From: Patescibacteria group bacterium
GTDB taxonomy: Bacteria > Patescibacteriota > Minisyncoccia > UBA6257 > 2-01-FULL-56-20
Length of the DNA: 64,000 nucleotides
Direction of reading: 5' to 3'
Assembly: GCA_038063055.1 (NCBI GenBank)
Contig: JBBTVY010000005.1
Coordinates: 2,444 to 66,443 of the forward strand
Shown here: positions 62,229 through 64,000 of the stretch, piece by piece
Position numbering within the stretch: position 1 is the stretch's first letter
Layout of the letters: each line of letters begins with the position of its first letter
Notes under the pieces: generated by a model
The model's input: only the letters and a program-made list of their open reading frames with translations
Databases searched by the model: none
Told to the model about the DNA's origin: nothing
Program-made: the position numbers and the translations under genes

Positions 62229-62696
62229 TTACCTGGCGAAATGCGCGAAAGCTCTGTTGGCTTCGGCCTGGCGGTGCATGTCCTGTTTTTTCTTGACCGC
62301 GTCTCCTTCGTTTTTGGACGCGGCAATTATTTCGGTTGCCAGCTTATCGGCTATCGGCTTTCCCTTTTTTGCTCTGGCGGCCTGGATTATCCAGCGCACC
62401 CCCAAAATGAAACGCCGCTCCGGTCTGACCTCGCGCGGCACCTGATAATTGGCTCCTCCTACGCGCTTCGAAAAAACCTCGAGCATCGGCGAAGCGTTGG
62501 CCAGCGCCTGTTCGAAAATTTCCATCGGTTCTTTTTTGGTTTCTTTCTTTATTTTTTCAAAAGCTCCATAAACGGCTTTACGCGCGATAGTTTTCTCGCC
62601 TTTCCGCATTACGTAATTTATGAAACGCCCGACGTCCACCCGGTTATATTTAGAATCCGCCTGATGATATTTTTTGTAAACTCGTTTCTTCCTCAT
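62229..62696 (-). CDS. rpsG: 30S ribosomal protein S7
   Basis: S7 family pattern; str operon position. Confidence 0.9.
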   Translation of the reverse strand: MRKKRVYKKYHQADSKYNRVDVGRFINYVMRKGEKTIARKAVYGAFEKIKKETKKEPMEIFEQALANASPMLEVFSKRVGGANYQVPREVRPERRFILGVRWIIQAARAKKGKPIADKLATEIIAASKNEGDAVKKKQDMHRQAEANRAFAHFAR

Positions 62697-62796
62697 AAGA
62701 TTAAAATTCGAAATTACAATATCGAAATTCTAAACAATATTTAAATTACAATTATTCAAACGTTTAAAATTTGAGATTTGAAACATTGGAATTTGT

Positions 62797-63231
62797 TTAG
62801 GATTTAGAATTTCGTGCTTCGGATTTCGGCCGTTTTGCTCCATACTTTGACCTCTGCTGCTTTCTACCTTCGACGCCTGTCGTGTCGAGGACGCCGCGAA
62901 CTATATGATAGCGGATTCCCGGCAGGTCTTTTACGCGTCCGCCGCGGATAACAACGATTGAGTGCTCCTGCAACTGATGGCCTTCACCGGGAATATAAGC
63001 GGTCACTTCCATGCCGTTTGTCAGCCGCACGCGGGCGACCTTCCGGAGAGCCGAGTTCGGCTTCTTCGGAGTGGTGGTGAAAACTTTCAGGCAAACCCCT
63101 CTTTTGAACGGCGAGCTGGAATATACGGGACGATTATCAATGGTATTGAAATAATACGACAAAGCGGGCGATTTCGTTTTTGATTTCGTCTTTTTTCTGC
63201 CTTTCTTTATGAGTTGGGTTACTGTCGGCAT
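62797..63231 (-). CDS. rpsL: 30S ribosomal protein S12
   Basis: '[12 protein letters not shown]...'; short basic C-terminal extension. Confidence 0.9.
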   Translation of the reverse strand: MPTVTQLIKKGRKKTKSKTKSPALSYYFNTIDNRPVYSSSPFKRGVCLKVFTTTPKKPNSALRKVARVRLTNGMEVTAYIPGEGHQLQEHSIVVIRGGRVKDLPGIRYHIVRGVLDTTGVEGRKQQRSKYGAKRPKSEARNSKS

Positions 63232-63290
63232 TTATTTTTAGTTGTAATTAAATGATTAACAAAATAAGCTGCGGGTCGCAGCCGATGAAA

Positions 63291-63320
63291 ATTTTAAACC
63301 AATAGGCATCCCTATGTCAA
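63291..63320 (-). promoter_or_regulatory. Candidate str-operon promoter upstream of rpsL
   Basis: Minus-strand TTGACA (63315..63320), 18-nt spacer, TAAAAT (63291..63296); 5'-UTR hairpin gctgcg/cgcagc. Confidence 0.5.
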
Positions 63321-63346
63321 ACTTGAGTTTGCTAAAAGGTCGTTCG

Positions 63347-63988
63347 CTAAAAACCGGTAATTATCTTAAAAATCCAGTGAATTATAGGCGCTATAAGACC
63401 GAATCCAAAAAATATAAAAATCAGAAGAAAAAATAAACCGTAACGCTCAAGAAAAATTATCAGTCGCAAGCTTGTTTCGCCCGGCGGCAACAGCGAAAAA
63501 AGAACTTTAGAACCGTCGAGCGGCGGCAGGGGCACAAAATTAAAAACGGCAAGAAGAATGTTTATGTAAACGATTGAGCCAAAAAAGACGTAAAGCGTCG
63601 AATCGGCCGGATATCCGAACAGCGGCATAATCCGCAAAAGAATTCCGAATGTCGCGGCGATTATCAGATTGCTGACGGGTCCGGCTAACGCTATTTTGCC
63701 TCCGCCTGTTTTCGGATTCTTCAGATAAGCCGGGTTGTATGGCACCGGTTTCGCCCAACCGAAAATAATTGACGATTGTCCAAAAAAAATCGGGATTGAA
63801 AGAATTAACGGCAATATCACGGAACCGAAAGGGTCGATGTGCTTCGCCGGATTAAGCGTCAGCCGCCCCGCCAGGCGCGCCGTCGGGTCTCCGAGATGCT
63901 CGGCGACGTATCCGTGAGAAATCTCGTGGAGCATCACCGAAAAAATCAGAACAGCGAGCTGGAAAATAAGAAAAGTTATTTGGTCCAT
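63347..63988 (-). CDS. Site-2 protease family (peptidase M50-like) membrane metalloprotease
   Basis: 'HEISHG' HExxH in a TM helix; multiple TM segments; 213 aa. Confidence 0.65.
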   Translation of the reverse strand: MDQITFLIFQLAVLIFSVMLHEISHGYVAEHLGDPTARLAGRLTLNPAKHIDPFGSVILPLILSIPIFFGQSSIIFGWAKPVPYNPAYLKNPKTGGGKIALAGPVSNLIIAATFGILLRIMPLFGYPADSTLYVFFGSIVYINILLAVFNFVPLPPLDGSKVLFSLLPPGETSLRLIIFLERYGLFFLLIFIFFGFGLIAPIIHWIFKIITGF

Positions 63989-64000
63989 AGTTAAATAATA

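Noticed and set aside
48377-62744. Many plus-strand ORFs of 60-260 aa overlapping the ribosomal protein, tuf and fusA genes (e.g. 48654..48953, 53422..53955, 55260..55787, 60441..61232, 62241..62744)
   Set aside because: They are antisense to well-supported conserved genes. They have low-complexity or Arg/Ser-rich translations typical of the reverse frame, no motifs, and no start context of their own.

Overview
This 64-kb window looks like a Candidate Phyla Radiation (Patescibacteria/Parcubacteria-like) chromosome segment under the standard genetic code, although that lineage call is inferred.

Evidence for the lineage and code:
- Proteins are lysine-rich and native genes lack recognisable Shine-Dalgarno motifs.
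- rpsE abuts rplO with no L30 gene between them.
- prfB (RF2) is present and carries the classic CUU-UGA-C +1 frameshift.

Almost every gene is on the minus strand. From high to low coordinates the window contains:
- a site-2-protease-like gene;
- the str/S10/spc ribosomal super-operon (rpsL-rpsG-fusA-tuf-rpsJ, then an apparently foreign 107-aa gene inserted before rplC, then rplC through secY);
- mnmA, a cobalamin adenosyltransferase, rpsB-tsf, tRNA-Tyr flanked by two GIY-YIG genes, membrane proteins (DoxX, SemiSWEET-like, ferric-reductase-like), ftsH and a tRNA-Ile with a UAU anticodon;
- a hicAB cassette inserted at the prfB start, then prfB and ftsEX;
- a type IV pilus locus (pilB, pilC, five pilin-like genes including a pilin fused to an LVIVD beta-propeller);
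- a cupredoxin-like gene, a 1223-aa LTD/PG-binding repeat protein, a CAP-domain protein, a DEAD-box helicase, a subtilase, a 930-aa LamG/Cys-repeat protein and tRNA-Gln;
- a surface-protein island with SCPU (Csu-type pilin) domain proteins, a candidate membrane-anchored chaperone, two Avd-like four-helix-bundle genes, a dockerin protein and two cohesin-like membrane proteins;
- fmt, def and a CtpA-like protease.

Non-coding observations worth a second look:
- a 78-bp identical palindromic element upstream of rpsH and rpsC, truncated upstream of rpsB, plus related TACGAATA-type motifs in other spacers;
- dispersed TCTAGAAT-like heptamer arrays, some inside reading frames;
- several long-range inverted repeats, one of which sequesters the start codon of the giant SCPU adhesin gene;
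- 31-36 bp direct-repeat duplications flanking two apparent cassette insertions.

No CRISPR array, rRNA gene or transposase was seen.
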